A DNA stretch of 64,000 bases from Eledone cirrhosa (Eukaryota): positions 77,066,001 to 77,130,000 of the forward strand of contig OZ024747.1 in NCBI GenBank assembly GCA_964016885.1. Reading direction: 5' to 3'. Below, piece by piece: positions 14,855-29,247 of the stretch. The notes beneath the pieces are model-generated. The model worked only from the letters and a program-made list of their open reading frames with translations. It searched no databases and was not told the DNA's origin. Numbering within the stretch: position 1 is the stretch's first letter; the number at the start of each line of letters is the position of its first letter. Both the position numbers and the translations under genes were made by a program.

Positions 14855-15699
14855 AAACCAAACGTCTTAGAGGAATGTCTTGTGTGTAGTATCTCACATA
14901 TGTAATATTGTCAGTTGAACATCTTCGATTAACAGTAATTCAGGAACGCAGTCTTGTCATTTATTGTGTCATTCTGATTCGCCATGGAAATTACGTTTAA
15001 GGTTACACACGTGTGTGGAATATTCAACAACTTACACGTTACTTCGAATGTCAGACCTACAAAAACCTCTAAAAACCCAAATAGGGAGTACCATGAAAAA
15101 AGTGCCCCAAAACCGGAAGAAACGAGGCATCCATTTTCACAAGAGAAGACATCTCTCATCCACTCCAAAGTGGGTCGGAGTTCTCCCCAGGGAACGGGGA
15201 GAGTTGACAGGTCTGGCATCCGATGGAGTATCTAGCAACATAGTCTTATAAACAGACGGCACAGTGAGCTAAAATTCGTAGAAAGTGCCAGAGTCTTAGA
15301 GGATTCATGGAAAATAAAACCCAAAGAAGCTACATTACCTTCCTCCCATTGAACTAACGAATGAAAACAGAAATATTGATTTCTAATTTAGGTAAAATCT
15401 AAAGTCTGTCTCGAGTTCATTATGCCGGTGTGTATCTTGGCGTGAAGTGATAAACTATTTGGTGACAGGTTCGATCTTACTTTGTTAAATCTTGGACACG
15501 TATCATTTACGATTATCTCGTGTAGACCCATAACTTGTGAGGGAAATTGGGTAGACGGAAACTGTTTGGAAGCCCATCACATGGACTATACCTGTAAATC
15601 AAAAAGCCAGTTTTGTTACACAGTATATCATGTATAACCTGCTTGAGAATTACATCACGGATACACGTGTCTGTGGAATGCTCAATTTCATTCTGCACT

Positions 15700-16325
15700 T
15701 GCAGGCCACTTGGAATGACATGGGCACCGGACAAACAGAAAACAGAACACGGGGCGGCCCTAAAACATCTGGTGCCGAACATTTCATGAGGATGTCTAAC
15801 ATACAAGAACCAATTGAAGTGGTGTGCAAAAACCCGTGACAGATCGATAATGCAGCCTTGTGCGTCTTCAAATTTAGGTAACAACCAAGCGCTAGTGAAT
15901 GAGCTTCTACAGAGTGACATGACTTGCTAGAAGTTGCAGCCATATTTCCCTCAAATCTATATATTATCGATAATGCAGCCTTGTGCGTCTTCAAATTTAG
16001 GTAACAACCAAGCGCTAGTGAAGGAGCTTCTACAGAGTGACATGACTTGCTAGAAGTTGCAGCCATATTTCCCCCAAATCTATATATTATCGATAATGCA
16101 GCCTTGTGCGTCTTCAAATTTAGGTAACAACCAAGCGCTAGTGAAGGAGCTTCTACAGAGTAACATGACTTGCTAGAAGTTGCAGCCATATTTCCCTCAA
16201 ATCTATATATTATCCATAATTCTGCCCTGTGTGTCTTTAGAATTATTTAACAGCCTAGCGTTAATGAGGGAGTTTCTACATAGTGACACGATTTGCTAGA
16301 AATCGCAGGCAAATTTCCCTCAAAC
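15700..16325 (+). mobile_element. Decayed RTE-like LINE 3' end followed by four 123-bp tandem repeats
   Basis: Degenerate ...RKQNTGRP*NIWCRTF..D....DR like the RTE C-terminal RGRP..W motif; repeat units start 15843, 15966, 16089, 16212. Confidence 0.55.
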
Positions 16326-16540
16326 CTCACAGCATTAGAAATTGAAAATACATTCTATAGTGTTACCTTTGATAACCGTCAAAAGCTGGTTAGCCATGGA
16401 TGGAATAAAGTCACATCGATCACGAAACCATAACTACACTATTGTATATACAGTATATATATATATACTTTCGAATTTCAATCACCCACACGCTTCATAG
16501 AATTTATATATATATACACACACACACACGTATATATATC

Positions 16541-16800
16541 AATGATATTAATAAATGGAAACTATATTTATAAAACCATATTTATTCTATTATATATATA
16601 TTTCAAGGGTACCAAAACTTTGGTACGCTCTCATCAGATAAAATACAAAGTTTGTTTTATAAATATTGACATATCCCGGAATGAGACCTTAACGGTTCAA
16701 GTTTTACCTGGATAGAATAAATATGATTTTATGAATATAGTTTCCATTTATTAATATCATTAATATTATACTCCAGAAAACTTATCGAGTGCTTCGAAGA
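16541..16800. mobile_element. Fold-back PLE-type mini-element with hammerhead motif
   Basis: Inverted arms 16541-16589 / 16713-16761; same family as 61143 and 63500. Confidence 0.75.
16583..16645 (-). ncRNA. Type I hammerhead ribozyme motif
   Basis: Minus strand: tattttat-CTGATGA-gagcgtaccaa/ttggtaccctt-GAAA-tatatata-TA-atagaata. Confidence 0.75.
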
Positions 16801-16857
16801 AAGTGAGGATTTTTTTACAAAATGAAAAATAACCGAGGTGTCCTACACGAGTGAAAG

Positions 16858-17097
16858 TATAAGGAAAAATGATGAAATTGAAAATACAACTGGAGTCTTT
16901 TTTTTTTTAAATTATATATATTTATTTGGTTCCTTTACCGGTTTCGCAGTACTTCTGCTTTTCAAAAGTAGAGTTGAGATAGAGGGTCTGTGGTTTTTCT
17001 CATATCTGAGAACTGCAAAACCGGTAAAGGAACCAAATAAATATATATAATCTTTTTAAAATAAGTCTCCAGTTGCATTTTCGATTTCATCTTTTTT

Positions 17098-17103
<6 letters not shown>
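16858..17103. mobile_element. Fold-back mini-element with decayed hammerhead
   Basis: Arms 16858-16950 / 17012-17103; minus strand ctt-TTGAAAA-gcag aagta ctgc-GAAACCGGTA-aag (core CTGANGA mutated); abuts (TA)n. Confidence 0.7.
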
Positions 17104-17143
<40 letters not shown>

Positions 17144-17237
17144 GAAGTATTTCCGTCAGAAAGGTACAGAAAAAAAGAGTACTCTATGTAGGCTACAGAG
17201 CTTATTAGTTATGTAATAAACAACATGAGATAATTAT

Positions 17238-17298
17238 TTCATTTACCAGTGGTTTCTTGAAGACAGATGCTGTGTCTGTCTTCAGTCGTCAGAATGAA
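17238..17298 (-). ncRNA. Type I hammerhead ribozyme motif within a (TA)n-flanked insert (17141-17345)
   Basis: Minus strand: ttcatt-CTGACGA-ctgaagacaga/tctgtcttcaa-GAAACCACTGGTA-aatgaa; 6-bp stem I, 10-bp stem II, GUA site. Confidence 0.8.
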
Positions 17299-17338
17299 TA
17301 AAAAACATGGTGTATTTATTAAATATGGATTTGAAAAC

Positions 17339-17384
<46 letters not shown>

Positions 17385-17699
17385 TCGTTTCTGAACATTG
17401 GCAACATGACCCTCCCAAAGTATAACAATATATATATTATATATTATATATATATATACATATATATATATGTATATAGATATATATCATTATACACATA
17501 CACACGCACTCACACACACATATCCGGATACATAGTCACACGTGCACACACACACGCGTTCACATCTACATACGCACGCACACATCTAATGAACGAGAAC
17601 GAGTTAAAACCGGAGAGAAATGGAAAGAGTCACAAAGTCATAGAGAGAGAGAGGGGCACACAAGAAGATTGAGAGAGAGAGAAAGAGAGAGTAGGAGAA

Positions 17700-18077
<378 letters not shown>

Positions 18078-18320
18078 AAGATAGAGAGAGAGTGAGTATG
18101 TATGTGTGTGTGTAAGTGAGTGTGTGAGTGTGTGAGCTGTAGTATATAGGTGAGTGGCTTGACTTCTAATGAGCTGTTACAATGAGAATCTAGCTTCCAT
18201 TAGGGATCAGTGAAGTCACAGCTCTGTGCTGAGAATATCGTGACAAAACTGATGATTATTTCACACTTTTTCCTATGCTTGCTTTCCATTTCATTAACTA
18301 CCGCCTTGCTTAAAACACAG

Positions 18321-18439
<119 letters not shown>

Positions 18440-18681
18440 TACTCACAAGGATATACATACATAGATGCATACGTTCGTATATACATACATACTGACAGGA
18501 GACGGATAAACAGACATATACATACAGATGTAAGTACACATACAAGACGCACATAAATGTACACACACACATACACCCACACCCACACACACACACACTC
18601 ACACTCACATATATATATTAAGGAGTATTTTCTGGCATGTTAACATCCTTACATATTGTGTGTATATATATATATATATAT

Positions 18682-18920
18682 GAGAAAACACAGGTAAGCA
18701 TTAAGAGAAGGATTATTTTCCAGGTATTTACGACCGTTTCATTGGTAAGTGCACCCTTAATGCTTACCTGTGTTTTCTCTTTTATACTTTATACTCCAAG
18801 ATTGAACGGAATTCTTACAAACTTGTGGAGTTACCCTTAACCGTACATTGAAACCGTCCATGAAACTGGCTTTCTTGACCACGAACTGGATCACAATAAG
18901 CAATTTTCAGCTTCCCTAAC
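18682..18920. mobile_element. Fold-back mini-element with 3' half of a hammerhead
   Basis: 24-bp arms 18682-18705 / 18756-18779; minus strand GAAACGGTC; bulged hairpin 18793-18831; (TA)n both sides. Confidence 0.6.
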
Positions 18921-18951
<31 letters not shown>

Positions 18952-19112
18952 ATATACAAATTCACTTTTTCTTGATGAAGAACTAACGTCAATCTGATGA
19001 GAAATTCTTTTCCATTTTCCACAAGCATGAAATTAATAAGACTTTGTGCAATCTTTTTCGGTGATTGTCTACTTTTTAAATTTGGAGTTATATATAGTCT
19101 ATATATATATAT

Positions 19113-19600
19113 GTAGGTCATGTCACTGTGTGAAGCTTTCTCATTAAAGCTTGACTGTTAGATAACTTTAAAGATACTCGAAGCAGCATGTTCGATAATA
19201 TATAGATTTGAGGAAAATATAGCTACGATTTCTAGTAGGTCGTGTCACCATGTAGAAGCTTTCTCACTAATGCTTGGCTGTTAGCTAACTTTAAAGACGC
19301 ACGAAGCAGCATGTTCGATAATATATAGATTTGAGGGAAATATGACTACGATTTCTAGCAGGTCATGTCACCACGTAGAAGCTTTCTCGTTAACGCTTGG
19401 ATGTTAGCTAACTTTAAAGACGTACAAAGCAATATGATCGATCTACTGCATCATTCTCCACACCTCTTCAAGTGGTTCTTGCTTGTCTTTCTAGGATGTT
19501 TGGCGCCAGATGTTCTTTGGCCAACCCGTTTTCAGTTTTCTATTTTTTCCGGTGTCCTTATCATTCTAGTCTTTGCATGTCAAGTCTATAAGCGTCTTAC
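19113..19600 (-). mobile_element. Second decayed RTE-like 3' end with ~122-bp tandem tail, homologous to 15700-16325
   Basis: Reverse complement aligns by eye (gggttggccaaagaacatctggcgccaaacat vs ggggcggccctaaaacatctggtgccgaacat; atatttccctcaaatctatatattatcga in both). Confidence 0.6.
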
Positions 19601-19921
19601 AGGCCTTTCTCTTCCTACTTACCTTAATTTCAGGTCAGTCATGTTTTTGTTAACTTTATCGTTCCTGTCTATGTTTTGTTACATGTTTAACAGTAACGTT
19701 GGTATGTTGCTTGCTTGAGTAGTTACTATTTTAGCAAATATCTGCTTGGTTGTTGTAGTTGTCCCTACATCCAACAGCCAACAGTTAAAGGATCGTAGTC
19801 TGACCTTCCGGCAATAAACCATCTTTTCTCACAGACGCCAAAAAGTCTTACGACTGTACTACAAAGATAATTGGAACATCTATCGAAGTTCAATATAATA
19901 TAATACTTATATATACTTTTC

Positions 19922-20030
<109 letters not shown>

Positions 20031-20177
20031 TATTTAAAGGTTAAACAAGGTTCAATGAATAAATCAAAGAATAAAGTTTTACAATAGATTGGAAGCACTC
20101 CACAGAAAAATGGTTTTCCTGAGTTATTAATATTAATTCAAAATATTAACAAAAATAGACATTCGTGTGATCAAGTA

Positions 20178-20244
20178 TATTTTATTATACATATTTCAGA
20201 GGTACTGGGCTATCTTCAACAGTACGTCCTCATCAGATAAAATA
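20178..20244 (-). ncRNA. Hammerhead motif in the inverted pLTR
   Basis: Reverse-complement copy of 23349-23415. Confidence 0.75.
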
Positions 20245-20615
20245 AGATGATGCATGACATACCCTGACTAAGTAGATGGTTAAAATTCAGTCATGGTAGT
20301 GAATAAGATATGACAAAACTCAATATTTATATACCTTAAGATTGAGACATGAAAAAATTACATATAATACAGAGGGTGCGTGTGAGAAAGCTTATAAAAA
20401 TACATAATAATAAACAACAACTAATATAATAGAAATTTACATAACTGTTAGAGAGATTCAAATAATTTAAATTATTGAAGAAAGAAGAAAGATAGAGAAA
20501 TAGATGAGGAAAAAATAGTTACTAGAAGTATAGAAGTATCTTATGCACGAAAGCAAAAGAAAATTGATTAAGGATAGAGAGACAAGGAAGAAGAATTTTT
20601 ATAGTATAAAGCATA

Positions 20616-21320
20616 CATAAATACCGTTCCATATTTAATAGACACATAATTAAGCTTTCTAATTCTACAACTATGAATATGGCCCAGAACATTGCAAAAA
20701 TAAATAGTAGAATTCTAAATCGTAACCAACAAACAATTAGGGATAATGAATATAATAACACTAGCAATATTAATACTAGGAATAACAATAACATTAATCT
20801 AAGCACTATCAATAGAACACTTCAAAGTACTAGCAATGTTAATGTCAATTGTCCAATTTATAGTAGTAACAATAAATCGAAATGTAATTGTAGAAATAGA
20901 TCAAATTGCCCTCTGCAAAATAATTGTTTGGATAGCAATCTGGTCTATAAATGCACCGTAAAAGCAAATAATATCACATACAACTATATTGGTGCAACTT
21001 CATCGACATTTAAATTAAGATTTTCGAATCACAAATGTTCTTTTTCGAATCCTAATAAGAAATCTTCGACTTCTTTATCACAACTTATATGGTCACTAAA
21101 AGACAAAAATTTAAAATATTCGATTTCTTGGTCAAAGCTGTGTAATAGTCGAATCTACTTGAATTCTTCAATATCACCTAACTGCAATCTTTGTACTATG
21201 GAGACCCTATTAATAATTACTAATTATGAAAATTCAATTAACAAAAAAAGTGAATTATTCTCAAATTGCCTACATAAAGCTTCTTCTACATTCCAAGCCT
21301 CGCAAAAAGTCAGGAAATAA
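20616..21320 (+). pseudogene. PLE C-terminal linker and GIY-YIG endonuclease (RT lost by truncation)
   Basis: CNCRNRSNCPLQNNC..LVYKCTV..NYIGATSSTFKLRFSNH..TSLSQLIWSLK..ISW..CNLCTME..INKKSELFSNCLH; preceded by HKYRSIFNRHIIKLSNST. Confidence 0.85.
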
Positions 21321-21547
21321 ACATTGAATAAAGAAGTTCTAATTTTTGACGTTTCTTATCAACTGAGTGCGTAAAATGATACTATAACAGATTATAAAAC
21401 CTTATAATAATTTTTATTCATTTACGATATGATTAATGTTAGATTAAGGGTTCTATATAAATATATAAACATATAGACTGTTAACATGATCTCTTGATGA
21501 ATATGCATATTATTTGATTGTATAAATACATTTAATTTTGTCGGGAT

Positions 21548-22640
21548 TTTTGTATTTTTTTAAATGTATAGCTTATATGGTTAACAGTTATAAGGAACCG
21601 TAGACCATTCATTTATTTATTTTGAATATGTTGTTTTTAAGATTCAAGATGTTTGATTTATATATTTATGGTATATATGTCGTACACAATCGTAGTCGAC
21701 AAACTTTTCCCACTTAACTTGATGTAAAATTTCAATTATAACATTATTAACAGTAATTGTATTTATTATTTATTATATGTATATAAATCACTAATATCGT
21801 CTTAAGTTTTAAACAGAATACTCTGTATGTATTTAGACAAATGTGTATATCTAGTTTAATAACATCCTTCTAGGTACATTTATAAGTGCCTTAGATACTT
21901 AAGGACATTCTAGTGTTATAATTGTTAAATATTTTCTAAATTATATAATGATTATTTTTTAATTTAATTTTTTTTTATATAATTTAAATTTGGGTTACCT
22001 TCGGATTGATGAAAATCTTAAGTCTTTTCTTTCTCATGTTTGCAGGCACTTTAAATATGATATTATACTATAATATAGATCCTTAAAAATGTTCTTGTAT
22101 TTTTAAATTATATAGCTTAGATATTTGGCACTTATAGGATCGCAAACCATTTATTTATTTATTTTGAATCTGTGTCTTATCTTTTATGATTCATGAAGTT
22201 TGATTTGTATATTTATAGTATATATGTATTACATGATCCTAATATAATAATTGACATAAAACCTTACTTTTAACAATATTAACAGTAACTTATTTATTAT
22301 ATTATATTATATATAACTGACTAATATCGTCTTAAACTTTAAACAATATACTATTTGTATAAATTTAGACAAATGCCTATATCTAGTTTAAGTATAATTA
22401 TAAGGCTTTTGGATACTTTAGGGCATTCTAATTGTTAATTTTAAATTTTAAATTTTAAATTTTTAAAGTTATAATTGTAATTATATAATGATTATTTTTT
22501 AATATAAAATTTCTTTAATATAAATTTTTTTAATATAATTTAATATGGATTACCTTCGGGATGAAGAAAATATTAAGTCTCTTCTTTCGCATGCTTGCAA
22601 ATACTTTAAATATGATATTATACTATAATATAAATACTTA
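21548..22640 (+). repeat. ~545-bp diverged tandem duplication inside the PLE 3' UTR
   Basis: ctaatatcgtcttaa.ttttaaaca (21791, 22321), ttaccttcgg (21995, 22550), tttaaatatgatattatactataatata (22050, 22605). Confidence 0.8.
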
Positions 22641-23348
22641 TAAATTGTATAGCCTGAAATATTATACCTTAGATTAATTCACTTTTTTGAACTAACATAA
22701 ATGATTCGAAATTTAACTGTCATCCGGATACGTTTGGATATATATAATTGATTAATAGTCTATTTCTAATTAACTTAAGGACTCGAAATTAAACCCTCAT
22801 ATAACTACACCCAGATATATTTGATATTTTGATTGATTGATTGATTATTTCTAGATAATTCAACGATTCGAAATTATTCATTCACAAAGCTATGCCCAAA
22901 TGTATATTTTTTATGTATATATTTTTGCATCATCTAATTATACGCTATTTATCCACGACTATACAAATCTCCCTCCCTATGCTTTATACTATAAAAATTA
23001 TTCTTCCTTGTCTCTCTATCCTTAATCAATTTTATTTTGCTTTCGTGCATAATATATTTCTATACTTCTAGTAACTATCTTTTTCCTCATGTTTCTCTCT
23101 CTGTCTTTCTTCTTTCTTCAATAATTTAAATTATTTGAATCTCTAACAGTTATGTAAATTTCTATTATATTAGTAGTTGTTTATTATTATGTATTTTTAT
23201 AAGCTTTCTCACACGCACCCTCTGTATTATATGTAATGTTTTCATGTCTCAATCTTAAGTATATAAATATTGAGTTTTGTCATATCTTATTCACTGCCAT
23301 GACTGAATTTTAACCATCTACTTAGTCAGGGTATGTCATGCATCATCT

Positions 23349-23415
23349 TATTTTATCTGATGAGGACGTACTGCTGAAGATAGCTCAGTACCTCTGAAAT
23401 ATGTATAATAAAATA
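23349..23415 (+). ncRNA. Type I minimal hammerhead ribozyme motif (near-palindromic stem III)
   Basis: tattttat-CTGATGA-ggacgtactg/cagtacctct-GAAA-tatgta-TA-ataaaata. Confidence 0.8.
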
Positions 23416-23455
23416 TACTTGAACACACGAATGTCTATTTTTGTTAATATTTTGA

Positions 23456-23497
<42 letters not shown>

Positions 23498-23501
<4 letters not shown>

Positions 23502-23570
23502 GAGGATCTACAGGACTAGAACTGTTTCATTCGTGAGAAATGTGGTTACCTCCGATTCAACCCGGAATAA

Positions 23571-23575
<5 letters not shown>
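23498..23575. mobile_element. Rearranged mini-element of the 43679/58090 family between (TA)n tracts
   Basis: ctacaggactagaactgtttcatt (inverted HHR 3' half) joined to tgtggttacctccgattcaacccggaataac (family 3' end). Confidence 0.7.
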
Positions 23576-23616
<41 letters not shown>

Positions 23617-23859
23617 TCACTGACTGTTACTGGCCACTCATACCTATGTTAAGGTATTGTTCTCAAAAGCTCATAGATTCGATATTATGTGAGATATTAT
23701 CTGATATAAAGCCATTACCATGAAAATACAATAGTAAATATAGAGTAATGTAAATAATAAAGGGCTAAGTCACCAAAGGACATTCCAACAGAAACATCTT
23801 AGATCATTTACCAAGACTGACCTAGGGGTAATTAATAACAATAACATTAGAAATAAGAA

Positions 23860-25120
23860 CACTGCCACAAACAACCATAACATCTTCACCAATACCAACA
23901 TAACAATATTACTACCAACAATAATATTTACCAATAACAACTCAAATCAACAACTCCACTAGCAACACCATCGCCACCAATTATCCCACATCCCCATCGT
24001 GACCAAAACCGACACCACTACCAGACACAACAAGACTAACACAATCACCACCACTAACACAATCACCAGCACTACCAACAACACCACTAACACCATCACT
24101 ACCAACAACACCATCATCATCACCACCAACACAATCAACCATCACTACCAACAACACCATCACCACCACCAACACAATCAACCACCACTAACAACAACAC
24201 CACCAACACCATCACTACAAACAACAACGCCAACAACACCACCACAATCAACCACCACTACCAACAACACCATCACCACCACCAACACAATCACCACCAC
24301 TACCAACAACACCATCACCACCACTACCAACAACACCATCATCATCACCACCAACACAATCACCACCACTACCAACAACACCATCATCATCACCACCAAC
24401 ACAACCACCACCACTACCAACAACACCATCATCATCACCACCAACACAACCACCACCACTACCAACAACACCATCATCATCACCACCAACACAATCACCA
24501 CCACTACCAACAACACCATCATCATCACCACCAACACAATCACCACCACTACCAACAACACCATCATCATCACCACCAACACAACCACCACCACTACCAA
24601 CAACACCATCATCATCACCACCAACATCAACCACCACTACCAACAACACCATCATCATCACCACCAACACAATCACCACCACTACCAACAACACCATCAT
24701 CATCACCACCAACACAACCACCACCACTACCAACAACACCATCATCATCACCACCAACATCAACCACCACTAACAACAACACCAACAACATCAACACAAT
24801 CACCAGCACTACCAACAACAACACCAACATCACCACCACCACCAACAACAACAACACCATCCCCAACACCATCACCACCACTAACAACAACAACATCACT
24901 ATCTCCACCAACAGAAACACCACCACCATTATCACCACCAACGTCAACATCGCCACCACCATCATATTCACCACCGTCACTTACTGTTAACTAATCCTAT
25001 TCCCTTCATCCCATCCCCCCTCATCCCTTCCTCTCCATCACCGCTTCCCCCTCACCCCCTCATCCCCTCACCCTTCCTCCCACACCCCACCCCTCATCTC
25101 ATCACCCACCCACCCTCCAA
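23860..25120. repeat. (ACC/AAC/ATC)n-derived repeat with 48-bp subunits
   Basis: accaacaacaccatcatcatcaccaccaacacaatcaccaccact-type units. Confidence 0.9.
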
Positions 25121-25803
25121 TATCTACCACCTCGCCGCCACCGCCGCTGGCTTTACTACTGTGCACGAAGCACACATTAATAAGTTGGACCGTAAGTCAC
25201 GTGTTGCTGTAACCAGGTGCATCTTGGGAATGGATGAAGCTGCTGTGAATGCCGGGCGAACAGAAGTGAAAGACTTTGGCAGGCTTCTAGACACGTTCGG
25301 CGTGCTGTTCAATGTTTTTACGATTGTTGGCGGTGTTGGTAGATGGTGTGGTATGACGTATGGGGGCTTCGCTGTTTGGGTGGTGTGGTGTGTTGTAGTG
25401 TGGTCTGTTGTGGTGTGGTGTGGTGTGGTGTGTTGTGATGTGGTGTGGTGTGGTGTGTTGTGATGTGAGGTGATATGATGTGGTGTGGTGTGATGTGGTG
25501 TGGTGTGGTGTGGTATAAAATGGTGTGTGGTGGGGTTTCGTAAGAAGGAAACTAGGATGTGCTGGCGTCCCGAAGACCAGTTCTGATGGAGCCTACCAGC
25601 CTATATTCCATTATAACGCTCAAACAATCAAGTCGTACCTTCAGCCATGATAAGTGTGGTCGGAAATATACATTGGAACCACTAAATAAATAAATAAATA
25701 TATAAATAATATATACACACATATACGTACACATATATGCCCTTGCACATATATACGTACACATATACACTCACATATATATATATACACATACATATTT
25801 GTA

Positions 25804-25923
<120 letters not shown>

Positions 25924-26122
25924 TACATACACATACATACGTAAATACATGATGACTGCTTCATCTTGTCAGATGACAGCCATCTCAACATCAGTCCAAT
26001 CATTCTTTCATCACTACACCCTCTCATGTGTACAGGGATGACTTTCCAATCCAACAACAAAAGACAAGACCAAGACTCACAAACCCAGACACTCACAACA
26101 CTCCAACATAGGTAACTGGGGA

Positions 26123-26183
<61 letters not shown>

Positions 26184-26191
26184 TAAGTATT

Positions 26192-26501
26192 TCTGTAGAA
26201 AGGAAAGAAGAGTGCTCTATGTATTGTACAGAGCTATTTAATTACATAATAAACAACACAATACAATTATTCTATTACCAAAGGTTTCAGGAAACAAACA
26301 TCCAGCTAGTTCATCAGATTAAATAGTTATCTATATAATAGTTAACTATTTCATCTGATGAACGAGCTGGACGTTCTGTAAGGATCGTTTAGTTTCCTGA
26401 AACCTTTGGTAATGGAATAATTATATTGTGTTGTTTATTATGTAATTCATAGCTCTGTACTATACATAGAGCACTCTTCTTTCCTTTGCCTTTTCTACGG
26501 A
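26192..26501. mobile_element. ~310-bp palindromic mini-element with hammerhead in each arm
   Basis: Arms meet at ~26336; related to the 17141-17345 insert. Confidence 0.8.
26347..26419 (+). ncRNA. Type I hammerhead motif with imperfect long stem II
   Basis: tatttcat-CTGATGA-...-GAAACCTTTGGTA-atggaata. Confidence 0.68.
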
Positions 26502-26527
26502 TATATTTTGAACGCACACACTCTCAC

Positions 26528-26606
<79 letters not shown>

Positions 26607-26664
26607 CGTACGAAACTATGCAACATACGCGATCATATCATCATATCATTCATATATATATCTA

Positions 26665-26719
<55 letters not shown>

Positions 26720-27564
26720 TACACACAGATCTATACAAATACATCGACAAACATTCATGTATCAATATATCAGACATGCCCCCCCCCCCCCACATACCCC
26801 CCCCCCCTCACATACGCATCCACCCCGCGACATACACAAACATCCATTTATTTTTAAACGTTCAATCATACAGAGAAGTGGCCCTTTATTACGATAGCAC
26901 ACATTAGTATAGGCACCGTTCAAGGCTATTTGCATATATATCTGCCGGCTGCATTCATCAAGTCACAGTTGCACACATACATTAATGTATGCAGAATCAC
27001 GATTGACGTTAGGTAAATACAAAGTTTTCAATTGAAACGAAACGAAATTTAAAAGAAACGAAATGAGCCAGAAACGTTTTTGAGATTTGTGTATTTACTG
27101 AAATTATTATATATACATATATGTGTGTGTGTGTATGTGTGTCTGTGTATGTGTATGTGTGTGTGTGTGTGTGCATGTGTGCATGTGTGTGCGTGTGTGT
27201 GCGTGTGTGTGTGTGTTTACATAGAGCGAGAGATTATATATATATATAATCTCTCTTTATATGTCTATATATATTTGTATACATACAAATATATATATAT
27301 AAACATACACCCACACACATTTATATATATATATATATATATATGTATGTGCGCATATATATCTATCTATCTATTTATATATCTATATACGTGCACTCAC
27401 ATGCACACGCACACACTAAGAGAGAGAAAGGAGAAGAGAGAGAGAATGCCAAGGGGAGAGGTATGAGTGGAAATATTATTACACATTTAGCAGGTAAGGA
27501 CAGCACACATCATGTTTGTAGATCCATACGGAATGCTGAGGTCGCTACAACTGAAGCTCACTTT

Positions 27565-27659
<95 letters not shown>

Positions 27660-27711
27660 ATAAATATACATAAGGAAATGATAATAAAACAGGGAGTTGA
27701 AAAGCGCACCT

Positions 27712-27785
<74 letters not shown>

Positions 27786-28694
27786 CAGCTCTTGTGTTAA
27801 GGTTAATACGTAATCTCTGCAAGATATTCACTCTTTCATTAGTACATAGCTTACAGGACATTTCTCCATTTCTGTATGACCTGTATGACCAGAACTTTCC
27901 ATTGAATGGAGTATATCACGTCTTCATCTTTGAGTGACTATATGTGGTTTGCTTGTTAGACTGTCTAATATATATATTAGTCATCGCCTAGTTGTCTTTA
28001 TGTCTCTTACTCCTGGTGTTTATCTCCTCTCGTTCTCTCCACATCTTCACCAAATTTGCTATTATCCCCGCCCCCAATTTTACTGCTGTCCAACTCGTGT
28101 CTCTAGTGATGTCCCCTGTCATTATTCAAGTATTCTTTTTTGTTTTTGTCCCTCTCTTCTCCCTCTCTCTTCTTCTCTCTCACCCCTCCAAATGTATACA
28201 TTTAGCATCACCAGAATACATCACACTCCGCCGACAACTACTCCCCCAAACATTGAAGATTTTTTCTTCATCAGGCCAACTTTATTTCATCTTTGAACTT
28301 ATGAAAGGAGAAGATTGTGGCGACTGGAATGTATTTGATGATAGATTTCCAAAATGAAAGCCGTCCAGGGGGCAGCTAAATAACAGCAATAATGTTTAAG
28401 GTGGAATGTTAATCACAGGTTAATATAGTTTAATCGATGGATATCAAATAGACCGCTTACAAATGAGACTAGCGGATAATACGAATGAAACTAGCAAAGA
28501 TATCAACATCACTCCTTCTAACTCTCGTCAATATTACTTTTTCTGATTCTCGCCAGACCTTCATATTGCTTCTAACTCTCGTGCAATGTCAATAAATTCT
28601 TCTACTTCTAATTCTTATTCAACGTCTCTTGATGATACATATTAGAGATAAATATATATGTTGGGGAGCGATACAGTGATTGGTGAATGCTGAA

Positions 28695-28892
28695 GCTGGC
28701 GCATTACTGCACCAGCTTTTGCAATTCTTTCACTAGAATTCTTTCAGTGGAACTTCATTCACATGTAGCGTGCACTGCGCAGGCTTCCTTGAGAGGACAA
28801 TTGTCTCAGTTTTCGCAGCACTGATTTTCATTCCAGCCATGCACCACTCGGCATCAAACCTGTCAAGTGCAAGTCGGAGATCATCTTCTGTC
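28695..28892 (-). mobile_element. RTE-clade (Expander/Rex3-like) reverse transcriptase fragment
   Basis: Minus translation EDDLRLALDRFDAEWCMAGMKISAAKTETIVLSRKPAQCTLHVNEVPLKE, the post-YADD G(M/L)KIS..KT region. Confidence 0.65.
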
Positions 28893-29050
28893 AAGTCTCA
28901 GGAATAAAACATTCTTAAGATTCAAAGGATGTAAGATTTGAACAGAGAATGACGGAAAATTTCTTTACAACATCAACACTGGGAAAGTAGCCCGAAAAAA
29001 ATATACAACAGGTGTATATACACACACACACACATATATATATACATGTA

Positions 29051-29142
<92 letters not shown>

Positions 29143-29247
29143 CATGTATATACATATATGTATGTGTGTGTGTGTGTATACACCTGTTGTATATTTTTTT
29201 CGGGCTACTTTCCCAGTGTTGATGTTGTAAAGAAATTTTCCGTCATT

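Larger units (their letters stand above)
20036..23460 (+). mobile_element. 5'-truncated Penelope-like element with ~480-bp inverted pseudo-LTR, inserted in (TA)n
   Basis: Arms ~20135-20615 and ~22978-23458 are reverse complements; GIY-YIG ORF between; hammerhead in both arms; (TA)n on both flanks. Confidence 0.88.

Noticed and set aside
14325-15400. Possible PLE/LINE remnants at 14325-14640 and 14930-15400
   Set aside because: Only vague resemblance; no diagnostic motif or HHR core found.
20135-23458. DNA transposon with long TIRs
   Set aside because: The enclosed ORF is a PLE GIY-YIG domain, not a transposase; arms carry hammerheads and are asymmetric.
26870-27010. Enhancer (octamer ATTTGCAT, TTTATTAC) and isolated CRE sites at 5497 and 14020
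   Set aside because: Single short motifs are expected by chance in 64 kb.
27850-28690. Possible decayed LINE endonuclease region on the minus strand
   Set aside because: Purine-biased but no motif could be read with confidence.
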